From Solirubrobacterales bacterium (GTDB lineage: Bacteria; Actinomycetota; Thermoleophilia; Solirubrobacterales; 70-9), in NCBI GenBank assembly GCA_036525295.1, contig DATDAQ010000069.1:674-64673 (forward strand): DNA of 64,000 nt, in the 5' to 3' direction. Below the pieces are notes generated by a model. That model worked only from the letters and a program-made list of their open reading frames with translations, did no database searches and had not been told where the DNA came from. The translations under genes were made by a program, and so were the position numbers. Positions 43,895-54,105 of this stretch are shown here, one piece after another; positions within the stretch are counted from its first letter, which is position 1, and the number at the start of each line of letters is the position of its first letter.

Positions 43895-43910
43895 TTGACT
43901 GACCAGTCAA
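43895..43910. promoter_or_regulatory. Palindrome TTGACTG-AC-CAGTCAA, a candidate TetR/FadR-type operator
   Basis: Perfect 7-bp arms lie in the divergent region about 70 nt upstream of the acyl-CoA dehydrogenase start. Confidence 0.4.
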
Positions 43911-43980
43911 TCGGTGGTCCGTCGTCTTGCGGCGAGGCCGCATGCAAAGCCTTTTACGGACTGAAAAGGAGCCGCGACCA

Positions 43981-45210
43981 GTGGTTGACTTCACCCTCAC
44001 CGACGAGCAGAAGGATCTGCGCGAGATGGCGCACAACTTCGCCGAGAACGAGATCCGCAAGGTGGCCTGGGAGTACGACAAGGACGGCACCTGGCCCCAG
44101 GACATCATCGACAAGGCCTGGGAGGTGGGGCTGATGAACACCCACATCCCCGAGGCCTACGGCGGCCCCGGCCTCGACTACCTCTCCGGCTGCCTGATCG
44201 AGGAGGAGATGGGCTGGGGGTGCTCCGGCATCGGCACCAGCCTGATGGCCAACGGCCTCGCCTCGGCGCCGATCACCCTGGGCGGCTCCGAGGAGACGAA
44301 GAAGAAGTACCTCGGCATGCTCGCCGAGGAGCCCAAGCTCGCCTCCTTCTGCCTGACCGAGCCCGACGCCGGCTCCGACGTCTCCGGGATGAAGACCAAG
44401 GCCGTGAAGAAGGGCGACAAGTACGTCATCAGCGGCTCCAAGTGCTTCATCACCAACGGCACCTACGCCGACTACTTCACGGTCTACGCCAAGACCGATC
44501 CCGAGGGTGGACACCGCGGGATCAGTGCCTTCGTCGTCGACGCCGACCTCCCCGGGGTCTCGGTCGACAAGAAGGAGGACAAGATGGGCCAGCGGGCATC
44601 GAACACCGCGACCATCTCCTTCGACGAAGTCGAGATTCCCGCCGAGAACCTGATCGGCGAGGAAAACAAGGGCTTCAAGCTGGCGATGATGACCCTCGAC
44701 CGGACCCGTCCGGGTGTCTCGGCGATGGCCGTCGGCATCGGCCGCGCCGCGCTCGAGTACGCCACGGACTACTCCAAGGAAAGGGTCCAATTCGGCGTGC
44801 CGATCGCCATGCACCAGGCGATCCAGTTCATGATCGCGGACATGGCGACCAAGGTCGAGGCCGGGCGCCTGCTGGTCTGGAACTCCGCGGTCCTGCTCGA
44901 CCAGGGCGTCCGCAACAGCAAGGTCTCCTCGATGGCCAAGCGCTTCGCCGCCGACTCGGCGATGGAGATCACCGTCGACGCGGTGCAGGTCTACGGCGGC
45001 TACGGCTTCATCAAGGAGTACCCGGTGGAGAAGCTGATGCGTGACGCCAAGATCATGCAGCTCTACGAGGGCACCAGCCAGATCCAGCGCCTGGTGATCG
45101 CCAAAGAAGTGCTGCTGCCGCGCAGCGTGGACGAGCCCACGCCCGAGGCCGAAGCCAAGGCCAAGGCCTCCGAGGACAGCCAGTCCGAGCAGGCCGCAGC
45201 CACGGTCTGA
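43981..45210 (+). CDS. Acyl-CoA dehydrogenase
   Basis: A GTG start follows AAAGGAG. Sequences FTLTDEQKDLREMAHNFAENEI, CLTEPDAGSD, QVYGGYGFIKEYPVEKLMRDAKI. Confidence 0.9.
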   Translation: MVDFTLTDEQKDLREMAHNFAENEIRKVAWEYDKDGTWPQDIIDKAWEVGLMNTHIPEAYGGPGLDYLSGCLIEEEMGWGCSGIGTSLMANGLASAPITLGGSEETKKKYLGMLAEEPKLASFCLTEPDAGSDVSGMKTKAVKKGDKYVISGSKCFITNGTYADYFTVYAKTDPEGGHRGISAFVVDADLPGVSVDKKEDKMGQRASNTATISFDEVEIPAENLIGEENKGFKLAMMTLDRTRPGVSAMAVGIGRAALEYATDYSKERVQFGVPIAMHQAIQFMIADMATKVEAGRLLVWNSAVLLDQGVRNSKVSSMAKRFAADSAMEITVDAVQVYGGYGFIKEYPVEKLMRDAKIMQLYEGTSQIQRLVIAKEVLLPRSVDEPTPEAEAKAKASEDSQSEQAAATV

Positions 45211-45227
45211 GCTACCGGCTTTTTTCA

Positions 45228-45276
45228 GCCGACGGGACGAAAACCGGACATATAAGGCGGTTTTCGGCCCGTCGGC
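45228..45276. terminator. Long bidirectional hairpin between the convergent acd and typA genes
   Basis: It has 19-nt arms (GCCGACGGGACGAAAACCG / CGGTTTTCGGCCCGTCGGC, one mismatch) and an 11-nt loop. Confidence 0.6.
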
Positions 45277-45282
45277 GGGCAG

Positions 45283-47109
45283 TTAGGCGCGGGTGGTCTG
45301 GCGAGCGGTCTTCTGGCGGCGCGTCTTGTCGAGCTCGACCTTGCGCAGGCGGACCGACTCGGGGGTGACTTCGACGCACTCGTCCTCGCGCAGGAACTCG
45401 ACGGCGGCTTCGAGGGTGAGGCGTGTGGGCGGCGCCATCCGCTCCAGCACCTCGGCGCTGGCGGCGCGCATGTTGGTCTGCTGCTTTTCCTTGATCGCGT
45501 TGACGTCCATGTCCTCGGCGCGGGCGTTCTCGCCGATGATCATCCCCTCGTAGACCTCCTCGCCGGGGCCGATGAAGAGGGTGCCGCGGTCCTGCAGGCC
45601 GATTAGCGCGTAGCCGGCGGTCTTGCCGCGGCGGTCGGCGACGATCGAGCCGGTGGGGCGCAGGCGCAGGTCGCCGGCCCAGCGCTCCCAACTCTCGAAG
45701 ACGTGGTGCATGACGCCGGTGCCGCGGGTCTCGGTGAGGAACTCGGTGCGCAGGCCGATCAGGCCTCGCGCCGGCACCAGGTATTCCATCCGCACCCAGC
45801 CAGTGTCGTGGTTGGCCATCTGCTCCAGGCGTCCCTTGCGCCCCGCCAGCAGCTGGGTGATCGCACCGACGTGCTCCTCGGGCGCGTCGACCGAGAGCCG
45901 TTCGACCGGCTCGTGCAGCTTGCCGTCGATCTCCCGGGTCAGCACCCGCGGCTGGCCGGCGGTGAGCTCGAACCCCTCGCGGCGCATCAGCTCCAGCAGC
46001 ACGACCAGCTGCAGCTCGCCGCGGCCCTGCACCTCCCAGGCATCGGGCCGCTCGGTGTCCTGGACCCGGATCGAGACGTTGCCGACCAGCTCGGCGTCGA
46101 GCCGGTCGCGAACCTGCCGCGCGGTCAGCTTGCTGCCCTCGGTGCCGGCCAGGGGCGAGGTGTTGATGCCGAGCACGATCGAGAGCGAGGGCTCGTCGAC
46201 GGTTATGACCGGCAGCGGGTGCGGATCAGCGGGATCGGCGAGGGTCTCGCCGATCGTCACCTCTTCCATCCCGGCGACGGCGATGATCTCGCCGGGCCCG
46301 GCTTCCTGCGCCGGGACCCGCTCCAGCGCCTCGGTGATGTAGAGCTCGGAGACGGTTGCACGCTCGACCGAGCCGTCGGCGCGGCACCAGGCGATCTGCT
46401 GGCCGGAGCGGATCGTCCCGTGGCGCACCCGGCAGAGCGCCAGGCGGCCGACGTAGGGGGAGGCGTCGAGATTGGTGACGTGCGCCTGCAGGGGGTGGTC
46501 GGGCTCGTACTCCGGCGCCGGGATCTTCTCCAGCATCAGGTTCATCAGCGGCGAGAGGTCGCTCCCCTCGACTCCCTCCTCGAGTGAGGCCCAGCCGTCC
46601 TTGGCATTGGTGTAGACGATCGGGAAGTCGATCTGGTCAGAATCGGCGTCGAGGTCGAGGAAGAGCTCGTAGACCTCGTCGACGACCTCGGCGATGCGGG
46701 CGTCCGGGCGGTCGACCTTGTTGACGACGAGGATCACGGGCAGCCTCGCCTCCAGTGCCTTGCGCAGGACGAAGCGGGTCTGCGGCAGCGGTCCCTCGGA
46801 GGCGTCGACGAGGAGCAGCACGCCGTCGACCATCGTCAGGCCGCGCTCGACCTCGCCGCCGAAGTCGGCATGGCCCGGCGTGTCGACGATGTTGAGCTTC
46901 ACCCCGTCGTAGTTGACGGCGGTGTTCTTGGCGAGGATCGTGATCCCCTTCTCGCGCTCGAGGTCCATCGAGTCCATCACCCGCTCGGCGACGTCCTGGC
47001 CCTTGCGGAAGGCGCCGGACTGCCACAGCATCGCGTCGACCAGGGTCGTCTTCCCATGGTCGACGTGCGCGACTATCGCGATATTTCGAAGGTCCTCTCG
47101 TCTGGTCAC
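45283..47109 (-). CDS. typA: Translational GTPase TypA/BipA
   Basis: [29 protein letters not shown] and NKVDR, at 608 aa. Confidence 0.95.
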   Translation of the reverse strand: MTRREDLRNIAIVAHVDHGKTTLVDAMLWQSGAFRKGQDVAERVMDSMDLEREKGITILAKNTAVNYDGVKLNIVDTPGHADFGGEVERGLTMVDGVLLLVDASEGPLPQTRFVLRKALEARLPVILVVNKVDRPDARIAEVVDEVYELFLDLDADSDQIDFPIVYTNAKDGWASLEEGVEGSDLSPLMNLMLEKIPAPEYEPDHPLQAHVTNLDASPYVGRLALCRVRHGTIRSGQQIAWCRADGSVERATVSELYITEALERVPAQEAGPGEIIAVAGMEEVTIGETLADPADPHPLPVITVDEPSLSIVLGINTSPLAGTEGSKLTARQVRDRLDAELVGNVSIRVQDTERPDAWEVQGRGELQLVVLLELMRREGFELTAGQPRVLTREIDGKLHEPVERLSVDAPEEHVGAITQLLAGRKGRLEQMANHDTGWVRMEYLVPARGLIGLRTEFLTETRGTGVMHHVFESWERWAGDLRLRPTGSIVADRRGKTAGYALIGLQDRGTLFIGPGEEVYEGMIIGENARAEDMDVNAIKEKQQTNMRAASAEVLERMAPPTRLTLEAAVEFLREDECVEVTPESVRLRKVELDKTRRQKTARQTTRA

Positions 47110-47177
47110 TCGTCTGATCTCCCGAAAAAAAGGCCCGCCGTCGCCGGCGGGCCCGAACTGCGAAGTGCGGTAAGCGA

Positions 47178-47384
47178 TTACGAGGTCTGCTGGACGCTCG
47201 CCGCGGCGGGGCCCTTGGGGCCTTCCTCGGACTCGTAGCTCACCTTGGCGCCCTCGGTCAGGGACTTGAAGCCCTCACCCAGGATCGCGCTGTGATGAAC
47301 GAAGACGTCCTTGGAGCCGTCGTCGGGAGTGATGAACCCGTAGCCCTTGTCGTCGCTGAACCACTTGACTGTTCCAGTCGGCAT
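47178..47384 (-). CDS. cspA: Cold-shock protein (CspA family)
   Basis: [34 protein letters not shown] (RNP1/RNP2), with a GGAGG SD. About 190 nt of upstream non-coding region fits a long csp 5'UTR. Confidence 0.95.
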   Translation of the reverse strand: MPTGTVKWFSDDKGYGFITPDDGSKDVFVHHSAILGEGFKSLTEGAKVSYESEEGPKGPAAASVQQTS

Positions 47385-47575
47385 GTATTGCCTCCACTTG
47401 ATGTGCTGCGAACGCGGAGGCTTCGGTAAAGCAACGACGCGAGCGCTAGACACGACTTTTTGCCGGATATCGATCCGACCTAACGCCGGGGACCGTAGCA
47501 GGCCCGGGGCGAAAAGCGCTGCGCTCGGGATCCGCGTGTGGTGGGGTTGAGGCAAAGGAGGAACCAGCCGATACG

Positions 47576-49819
47576 GTGACTGCGATGCTGCGACGGCGAG
47601 TATGCCCCGGCTTGGTGGCCCGGATTTCGATTGCTGTCTTGGCATCGGCATCCGTCCTGGCTCCGCATGCCATCGCGGTGCCGAGCGGCGGGTCCCTGGC
47701 CTTCGTCCAGGTTGGCGGGGCGGGGACCTACGTCCCGGGTGAGGCAATCGTGCGCTTCGAGAGAGGCACGTCGCACGCGGATCGCCGCGATGCACGCCGC
47801 TCGGCCGACGTCGAGCTCGGCGATACCCTCGGCATACCGCGCGTTCAGCTGCTCGAGGTCCACGGATCCGTGAGTGCCGCTGTCCGGCGTCTGGAAGGCC
47901 AGCCGGGGGTCGTCTACGCCCAGCCGAACTACCGCTACGAGGTGCTGGCGGTCCCCGAGCCCGACGACAGCTTCTTCGAAGATCTCTGGGGCCTTTCGGA
48001 TCCCGCCCTGCCGGATCCTGGCGTGGGCGCACTCGAGGCCTGGGAGCATGGCAAGGGGAGTGGCGAGGTGATCGCCGTCGTCGACACGGGGGTCGATCTG
48101 ACACACCCCGACATCGCCCCCAACCTGTGGACCAACCCGAGCCCGGATCCGAGTTCCGAAGACCTGCACGGATATGACTTCGTCGACGACGACGGCGATC
48201 CCGACGACTACAACTTCCACGGGACGCATGTGGCGGGCACGGCGGCGGCTGCCTCCGGCAACGCCATGGGGACGGCCGGAGTCGCTCCCGAGGCGGAGAT
48301 CATGGCCGTCCGGGTTCTGGACGGCGACGGCAGCGGTTCGACCGACGAGATCGCCGACGGCATCGCCTACGCGGCGGAGCACGGGGCGGGCGTCATCAAC
48401 CTCAGCCTCGGCGGCCCCGCAGGCGAAGACGAGGCGATGTCGGACGCGGTCGACCTGGCCGCCGAAGAAGGGGCCGTCGTCGTGGCGGCCGCCGGCAACG
48501 ATGGGGCGAACAACGACGTCGAGCCGACCACGCCGTGCACGCTTCCCCAGCCGAGCCTGATCTGCGTCGCGGCGCTAGGCCGGGGCGGCGGTCTGGCGAG
48601 CTTCTCGAACTACGGCGCTCAGTCCGTCGACATCGCCGCGCCGGGGACCGGCATCCTCAGCGCCAAGCCGGACTATGGCGCTCCCCTGTTCAGCAATGGC
48701 TTCGAGGCGGGGACGACCGAAGCCTGGGACACCTTTGCGGAAAACGGGGGGCTTCCGTGGGGCCTGAGCGCTTCGGCCGCAAGCGGCACCCAGTCGGCGA
48801 CGGACAGCCCGGGAGGCGACTACGGCCAAGCGACGGGCACGAGCGACGCCGTCTCCGAACTATTTACCGTCGGCGCCGTGGACCTGACCACCGAGCGCGG
48901 CTGCCGAATCCACTTCCGCACGAAGTACGAGTTGGAGGACACCTTCGACTACTTCCTCGCGGGCGCTTTCGACGAAGATGGGTCCGCCGACTTCGTCGAA
49001 CTCACCGGCACCTCGCCAGCGTACCCCAGCAGCTTCGAACGCGAAGAGGTCTCGATCTCGGATCTGGACGACGAGAACGACGTTCACCCTGCCTTCGCCG
49101 TGCTCTCCGACGAATCGATCGAGCTCGACGGTGCTTACGTCGACGACGTGCGGCTCATTTGCCGCGACGAGACCTACGTCAACCAGATCACGAGCGTCAG
49201 CCAGTACGACCAGCCCGCCGCCGGCAACTATGTCGCGTTCCAGGGCACCTCGATGGCGGCCCCGCACGTCGCGGGAGTGGCGGCACTCGTCCGCGCGGCC
49301 GCCCCCGGTGCGAGTGCCACAGAGGTCGTCGACGCGATCCTCGATGGGGCCTCGGCCCTCCCGAGCGTCGTTCCTTCGAAGCCGATCGCCACCTACGGCA
49401 TCGCCGATGCATGCCAGGCGATCGCCGTGGCGAGGGCGGAAGACTTCGCCGAAGAGTGTCCGGGGAGCAGCGAAAACGTCATTCCCCCGCCGCCGCCACC
49501 GGCGGCACCGGCCACCCCTGCGTCGTCAACGACGGTTGTCGACCAGCTGGCGCCTCGCACCTTCTTCCGGCAGCATCCTCTCCGGATCCTGCGCACGCGC
49601 CACGGCAAGGCCAGGGCCGTGTTCCGCTTCGGCGCCGACGAGTCCGGCGTCTCCTTCGTCTGCCGGATCGACGGCGGCTTGTTCCAAGTCTGCCCCCAGC
49701 GGCTGGTGAGCCGGTTTGCGATCGGGTTGCACACCGTCCGGGTCTACGCTCGCGACCCCGCGGGGAACGCCGATCGGACCCCAGCCGTCTACCGCTTCCG
49801 GGTCAAGCGGATCGGCTAG
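47576..49819 (+). CDS. Secreted subtilisin-like S8 serine protease with C-terminal extension domains
   Basis: Catalytic triad contexts [15 protein letters not shown] and [11 protein letters not shown], plus a signal peptide. The start could be 47576 (GTG) or 47585 (ATG). Confidence 0.9.
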   Translation: MTAMLRRRVCPGLVARISIAVLASASVLAPHAIAVPSGGSLAFVQVGGAGTYVPGEAIVRFERGTSHADRRDARRSADVELGDTLGIPRVQLLEVHGSVSAAVRRLEGQPGVVYAQPNYRYEVLAVPEPDDSFFEDLWGLSDPALPDPGVGALEAWEHGKGSGEVIAVVDTGVDLTHPDIAPNLWTNPSPDPSSEDLHGYDFVDDDGDPDDYNFHGTHVAGTAAAASGNAMGTAGVAPEAEIMAVRVLDGDGSGSTDEIADGIAYAAEHGAGVINLSLGGPAGEDEAMSDAVDLAAEEGAVVVAAAGNDGANNDVEPTTPCTLPQPSLICVAALGRGGGLASFSNYGAQSVDIAAPGTGILSAKPDYGAPLFSNGFEAGTTEAWDTFAENGGLPWGLSASAASGTQSATDSPGGDYGQATGTSDAVSELFTVGAVDLTTERGCRIHFRTKYELEDTFDYFLAGAFDEDGSADFVELTGTSPAYPSSFEREEVSISDLDDENDVHPAFAVLSDESIELDGAYVDDVRLICRDETYVNQITSVSQYDQPAAGNYVAFQGTSMAAPHVAGVAALVRAAAPGASATEVVDAILDGASALPSVVPSKPIATYGIADACQAIAVARAEDFAEECPGSSENVIPPPPPPAAPATPASSTTVVDQLAPRTFFRQHPLRILRTRHGKARAVFRFGADESGVSFVCRIDGGLFQVCPQRLVSRFAIGLHTVRVYARDPAGNADRTPAVYRFRVKRIG

Positions 49820-50499
49820 GCCGCGGCGGCGCCGCGCTTTGCGATCCGGTGCCCGGCGAAGAGCAGGAGGAGCAGCGCCGCGGCGCTGCCGAGGACCAGC
49901 GGATCGGTGAGGCTGAGCCCTTCCAGCCTGGTGCCGAAGTAGACGGAGATCGCCGTGATCGGCAGGTAGCCGACCGCTGTCGTCCAGGTGAAGCGCCAGA
50001 CTGGGACGCGGGCGGCGCCAGCCGCGTAGGAGGTGAGGCTGAAGGGCACGATCGGGATCAGACGCACGGCGAGCAGCAGGGTGACGCCGCCACGCTCGAT
50101 CATCGCCTCGGTGCGCTCGAAGCGCTCGGTGCCGAACCAGCGGTCGAGCAGGGGACGCGCCAGCGAGCGGCCTATCGCGAAGCAGAGCAGGCCCGAGAGC
50201 AGCCAGCCGGTCATCGTCAGGGCCAGGGCGGGGAAGAAGCCGTAGGCGAAGCCGGCCGCGGCGTCGACGATCTCGGCGGGGTAGAAGACCACGGCGTGGA
50301 TCAGGGCGAGGGCGAGGATGATCAGCGGCCCGGCGATCCCGAGGCTGTCGAGCTCACTGCGCACCTCGGCGGTATCGCCCCGGATCGCCGCCTCGACTGC
50401 CTCTCTCAGCGCGGGGACTGAGAGCACGAGCGCAGCAAGAAGCGCGATCCCGCCCAGGGTGATCGCGACGGCGAGGAGGGACGGCTTTGGCTTCTCCAC
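49816..50499 (-). CDS. TVP38/TMEM64 (DedA-related) family membrane protein
   Basis: VRLIPIVPFSLTSYAAGAARV and the overall topology. Confidence 0.75.
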   Translation of the reverse strand: MEKPKPSLLAVAITLGGIALLAALVLSVPALREAVEAAIRGDTAEVRSELDSLGIAGPLIILALALIHAVVFYPAEIVDAAAGFAYGFFPALALTMTGWLLSGLLCFAIGRSLARPLLDRWFGTERFERTEAMIERGGVTLLLAVRLIPIVPFSLTSYAAGAARVPVWRFTWTTAVGYLPITAISVYFGTRLEGLSLTDPLVLGSAAALLLLLFAGHRIAKRGAAAA

Positions 50500-50550
50500 G
50501 AGCTCAGTATCGCGGCGATGCGACAGAGCGGCTCCTAGTAGTAGGAAGGA

Positions 50551-50991
50551 CTAGCGCGCGATTGCCGCGCGATAGGCCTGCTCGTCGAGCGCGAGGCGCC
50601 ACGGGCCGGTAGCCGATTCCGTGGCGCGGAAGTCGCGGAAGTCGAAAGTGAGGATCGGCAACTCGTGCCGCTCGGCGATCGCCATCACGCACGCATCGAC
50701 GAAGCCAAGCTGGAGATCGGCGTAACGATCGTTGAGCTCGACGGCCCGTCGCATGAGGCCCGCGGACAGATAGGCGATTTCACGCTCTCCTCCTGCCGTA
50801 GCCTCGAGGAAGGCGCGCGCAGCCGCGTGACCGGCCCGGCTGCGCAGGATTTGGTCGACCTCCACCAGTACGGGCGTGGGTACGATCGCGTTGCGCCTGA
50901 GCTTTGCGATCAGTGTCGCCGCGACCTCATGGGCGGCATCACGGCGGTCGATTGCCGAGACGAGAGGGCCGGTGTCAACGAGGATCTTCAT
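50551..50991 (-). CDS. vapC: PIN-domain toxin VapC (module 1)
   Basis: MKILVDTGPLVSAID...GFVDACVMAIAERHELPILTFDFRDF. Confidence 0.85.
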   Translation of the reverse strand: MKILVDTGPLVSAIDRRDAAHEVAATLIAKLRRNAIVPTPVLVEVDQILRSRAGHAAARAFLEATAGGEREIAYLSAGLMRRAVELNDRYADLQLGFVDACVMAIAERHELPILTFDFRDFRATESATGPWRLALDEQAYRAAIAR

Positions 50992-51241
50992 CGCCCGGTC
51001 CCTCGCCAGGGCCCCACGGCTTGAGTCCGAGGTACTTCTCGGCATTGATTCCGAGATCTCCGGGGCCTTCGAAGGAGCCGATCCACTCGGGCCAGCTCTC
51101 CCGGCCCTCATCGAGGGCACCGAGCTCGATCAGGCGCACGACTGTTGCCGAGAACGACTCGTTGCCGAGGGCCTGTTCGCGCACGAGCTCCTCGACGCTG
51201 CCAGGGAGGTAGATGGTTCGGCGGGGCATGATCTGCGGCAT
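50975..51241 (-). CDS. vapB: RHH/CopG-like antitoxin (module 1)
   Basis: RRTIYLPGSVEELVREQA...SFSATVVRLIELG lies immediately upstream of vapC and overlaps it by 17 nt. Confidence 0.65.
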   Translation of the reverse strand: MPQIMPRRTIYLPGSVEELVREQALGNESFSATVVRLIELGALDEGRESWPEWIGSFEGPGDLGINAEKYLGLKPWGPGEGPGDEDPR

Positions 51242-51250
51242 CGATTCCGA

Positions 51251-51271
51251 GTATGAACGGGCAAATCATAC
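51251..51271. promoter_or_regulatory. Inverted repeat GTATGA-9nt-TCATAC, 10 nt upstream of the antitoxin start
   Basis: A candidate autoregulatory operator of TA module 1. Confidence 0.4.
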
Positions 51272-51275
51272 CCGT

Positions 51276-51293
51276 GGTGCGCAGAAGCGCACC
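51276..51293 (-). terminator. Hairpin GGTGCGC-agaa-GCGCACC downstream of recD2
   Basis: A 7-bp GC stem 23 nt after the recD2 stop. Confidence 0.45.
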
Positions 51294-51315
51294 GAACCGA
51301 GTCGCCATCCGTACG

Positions 51316-53454
51316 CTACGCGCGCAGCCGCTCGGCGAGGCCTGAGTAGCGGCGGCCGCTGTCGTCGCGACGAATTGCGCCCTCCAGCGCGGCGCGGTCG
51401 CCGATCAGGACGCAGCTGCTGCGAGCACGGGTAATCGCCGTGTAGAGGAGGGGGCGGGTCAGCATCCGCGCGTGGGAGCGGTGACAGATGCCGACGACGA
51501 CCGGGACCTCGCAGCCCTGCGCCTTGTGGACGGAGATCGCGTAGGCCAGGCGCAGCGTCGCGGTCTCGCCGTAGGGGATCGTCAGCGACTCGCCCTCGTC
51601 GGTGTCGACGAGGATCTCCTCCTCGTCGGGGTCGTCGGCGCGGAGGAAGACGATTGAGCCGTTCATCAGGCCCAGCTCGTGCGAGTTGCGAGTCTGGATC
51701 AGCCGGTCGCCGACCCGGAAGCGTTCCCCGACCGCCCGCTTGCCGCCGGGGTTGAGCCGCTCCTGCAGGCGCTCGTTGAGGGCGTCGATGCCGACGGCGC
51801 CCCGGTACATCGGCGCCAGCACCTGCACGTCGCGGATCGGATCGACCTCGAAGCGCGCCGGCGCCCGCTCGGCGACGACCTCGACCACGGCCTCCAGCGC
51901 CCGCTCGGGACTGGCGCGGTCGATGAAGAAGAAGTCGTGGTCCTGGTCCTCCGCGGGCTCGAGGTGCGGCGGGCGGCCCTGGTTGATCTCGTGGGCGGCG
52001 GTGGTGATCATCGAGCGCGCCGCCTGGCGGAAGATCTGAGTGAGGCGGACGACCGGCGCGATTTCCGAGGCGATCAGGTCCTCGAACGGTTTGCCGGCGC
52101 CGATCGGCGGTAGCTGGTCGGCGTCGCCGACGAAGACGACGTGGGTCGACTCGGCGAGGCCGCCGAGCAGCACCTCGATAAGGCGCAGGTTCAGCATCGA
52201 GGACTCGTCGACGATCGCCAGATCGACCGGGAGTGGGTGTCCCGGCCTGAAGGCGGGCTCGCGCCCCGGCATCCACTCGAGCATCCGGTGGATCGTCTGG
52301 GCGTCGTGGCCGGTTGCCTCCTCGAGCCGGCGAGCGGCGCGGCCGGTCGGGGCACAGAGGGCGATGCGCAACCCGGCCTCTTCGGCCTCCTCGACGATCG
52401 CCCTCGTGCAGGCGGTCTTGCCAACTCCGGGCCCGCCGGTGAGGACGGAGATGCGCGAAGTGAAGGCCCCCCGCACCGCCGACCACTGCTCGTCGGTCAG
52501 TTCGGTGTCCGCGGCATCGCGAGGCGGGGTCGGGCCCGGGTCGTGGTCGAGGTGGGGAGGCTCGGCGGCTCGGGCGCCAAGCGTCGCGGCGACCGCGACC
52601 TCGCTGGCGTGGGTGAGCTCGCGGTAGACGCGATCGCCCTCGACCGTCAGCCCGCGGCCTTCGCTCAGCACCTCCGGGTCCGGGTTGAGTCCGAGCAGCT
52701 TCGCGGCGCGCATGGTCAGCTCCGAGAGGGGCAGGTAGCTGTTGCCCTGCTGTTCGGCCTCGGCCAGGGCGTAGGCTGCCGCGGCCTGCGCCCGGCGGCT
52801 GGACTCGGGCGGCACGTCGGCGGCGAGCGCGATCTTGTCTGCGCGGGCGAAGCCGACCCCCTCGACCTCGGTCAGCCGGTAGGGGTCCTCGTGCAGGATC
52901 GCCATCGAGCGGTCGGCGAAGCGGGCGTGGATCGGCGCCGCCAGGTGGGCCAGGCCGTGCGGGGCCAGCTGCACGTGCAGGTCGCGAATCGCGCGGCTGG
53001 CGTGCCAGGACTCGGTCGCGGCTTCGGCCTGGGAGACGCTGACGCCGCGCAGGGAGCCGAACACCGCTCGTGGATCGGCGGCGATCGCCCCCAGCACCCC
53101 CTCGCCGTGTTCGTCGACCAGCCGTTCTGCCCGGGCCGGGCCGATGTGCCGCAGCGTGGTGAGGTAGGCGATCCGGCCTGCTCGGTCGGCGGGATCGAGC
53201 GGCAGCGCCCCCTGGGCGCGGAGCTGGCGGCCGTAGCGGGCGTGCGTCTGCCACTCGCCGCTGACTTCGGCCCGGTCGCCGACGCCGAGGTGGGCGACGG
53301 GGCCGACCAGGGCGAACCCCTCGCCCGACTCGGCATCCTGGACCTCGAGCACCGCGTAGCCGTTGTCCTCGGCGCAGAAGATCACGCCGAGCACCTCAAC
53401 CGTCGCCGAGTGACCTGGAGCGTCGGTGTCGAAGAGGGTGGCCGTGCCGTTCAC
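51316..53454 (-). CDS. recD2: RecD2-like SF1 ATP-dependent DNA helicase
   Basis: LTGGPGVGKT, AIVDESSML and AISVHKAQGCE, with an N-terminal RecD2-type HhH region. It is 712 aa. Confidence 0.9.
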   Translation of the reverse strand: MNGTATLFDTDAPGHSATVEVLGVIFCAEDNGYAVLEVQDAESGEGFALVGPVAHLGVGDRAEVSGEWQTHARYGRQLRAQGALPLDPADRAGRIAYLTTLRHIGPARAERLVDEHGEGVLGAIAADPRAVFGSLRGVSVSQAEAATESWHASRAIRDLHVQLAPHGLAHLAAPIHARFADRSMAILHEDPYRLTEVEGVGFARADKIALAADVPPESSRRAQAAAAYALAEAEQQGNSYLPLSELTMRAAKLLGLNPDPEVLSEGRGLTVEGDRVYRELTHASEVAVAATLGARAAEPPHLDHDPGPTPPRDAADTELTDEQWSAVRGAFTSRISVLTGGPGVGKTACTRAIVEEAEEAGLRIALCAPTGRAARRLEEATGHDAQTIHRMLEWMPGREPAFRPGHPLPVDLAIVDESSMLNLRLIEVLLGGLAESTHVVFVGDADQLPPIGAGKPFEDLIASEIAPVVRLTQIFRQAARSMITTAAHEINQGRPPHLEPAEDQDHDFFFIDRASPERALEAVVEVVAERAPARFEVDPIRDVQVLAPMYRGAVGIDALNERLQERLNPGGKRAVGERFRVGDRLIQTRNSHELGLMNGSIVFLRADDPDEEEILVDTDEGESLTIPYGETATLRLAYAISVHKAQGCEVPVVVGICHRSHARMLTRPLLYTAITRARSSCVLIGDRAALEGAIRRDDSGRRYSGLAERLRA

Positions 53455-53470
53455 ACGCCAAAGCTAGCCT

Positions 53471-53680
53471 GTGGCCAAGATGACCGAACGGCCGAATTCC
53501 GGTCTCTGCGACAGCTGCCGGCACCAGCGCCTGGTTCCCAACACCCGCGGCTCGGTCTTCTCGCTCTGCGAGCGCTCCCGTACGGACCCCCGCTATCCGC
53601 GCTACCCGCGGGTGCCGGTGGCGTCCTGCCCCGGCCACGAGGCTCGCGGCCGGGGCGGCGACGTCGCCATCGAGTCCTAG
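53471..53680 (+). CDS. Small 4-Cys hypothetical protein (possible metal-binding)
   Basis: CDSCRHQ...SLCERS...ASCPGHE. The start could be 53471 (GTG) or 53480 (ATG). Confidence 0.5.
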   Translation: MAKMTERPNSGLCDSCRHQRLVPNTRGSVFSLCERSRTDPRYPRYPRVPVASCPGHEARGRGGDVAIES

Positions 53681-54069
53681 CTCGCCATCGGGTCCGGTTC
53701 GCCGAGCTTGGAGTTGTCGGGGGCCACGTAATCCCCACCGGGGACGCCGCCGAGGACGAGGATGCGGATGCCCTCCTCACCCGGCCAGACCTTGCGCATG
53801 ATGCCGGGGCCGACCCGGGCGACGTGGTCGGGGTCGAGCGGGAAGCGCTCGCCGGCGATGTCCAGCTCGCCGGAGCCGCGCAGGGTCACGTAGACCTCCT
53901 CCTGCCCGTCCTGCTCGTGGTCGTGTTCGGGGTAGTTGTCGTAGTTCGGCGGCATGTCGATGATCTGCATGCCGAACGATTCGACGCCCAGCTCCGCCCG
54001 GGCGCGCTTGAAGGCGCCGAGGAAGACGGCCTCCATGTCGTCGATCTTCTTCACCGCGTAGGTGCTCAC
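53677..54069 (-). CDS. Cupin domain protein
   Basis: PEHDHEQDGQEEVYVTLRGSGEL...GPGIMR, which are cupin motifs 1 and 2. Confidence 0.75.
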   Translation of the reverse strand: MSTYAVKKIDDMEAVFLGAFKRARAELGVESFGMQIIDMPPNYDNYPEHDHEQDGQEEVYVTLRGSGELDIAGERFPLDPDHVARVGPGIMRKVWPGEEGIRILVLGGVPGGDYVAPDNSKLGEPDPMAS

Positions 54070-54105
54070 GTTGCCTCCTAAGAAAGCTTTGCTTTACAAA
54101 GCAGC

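Noticed and set aside
49816-49819. Convergent genes sharing a palindromic CTAG as both stop codons (49816-49819 and 53677-53680), and other 4-28-nt convergent overlaps (29360-29387, 57686-57693).
   Set aside because: This is a common consequence of compact GC-rich genomes, and nothing suggests a special function.
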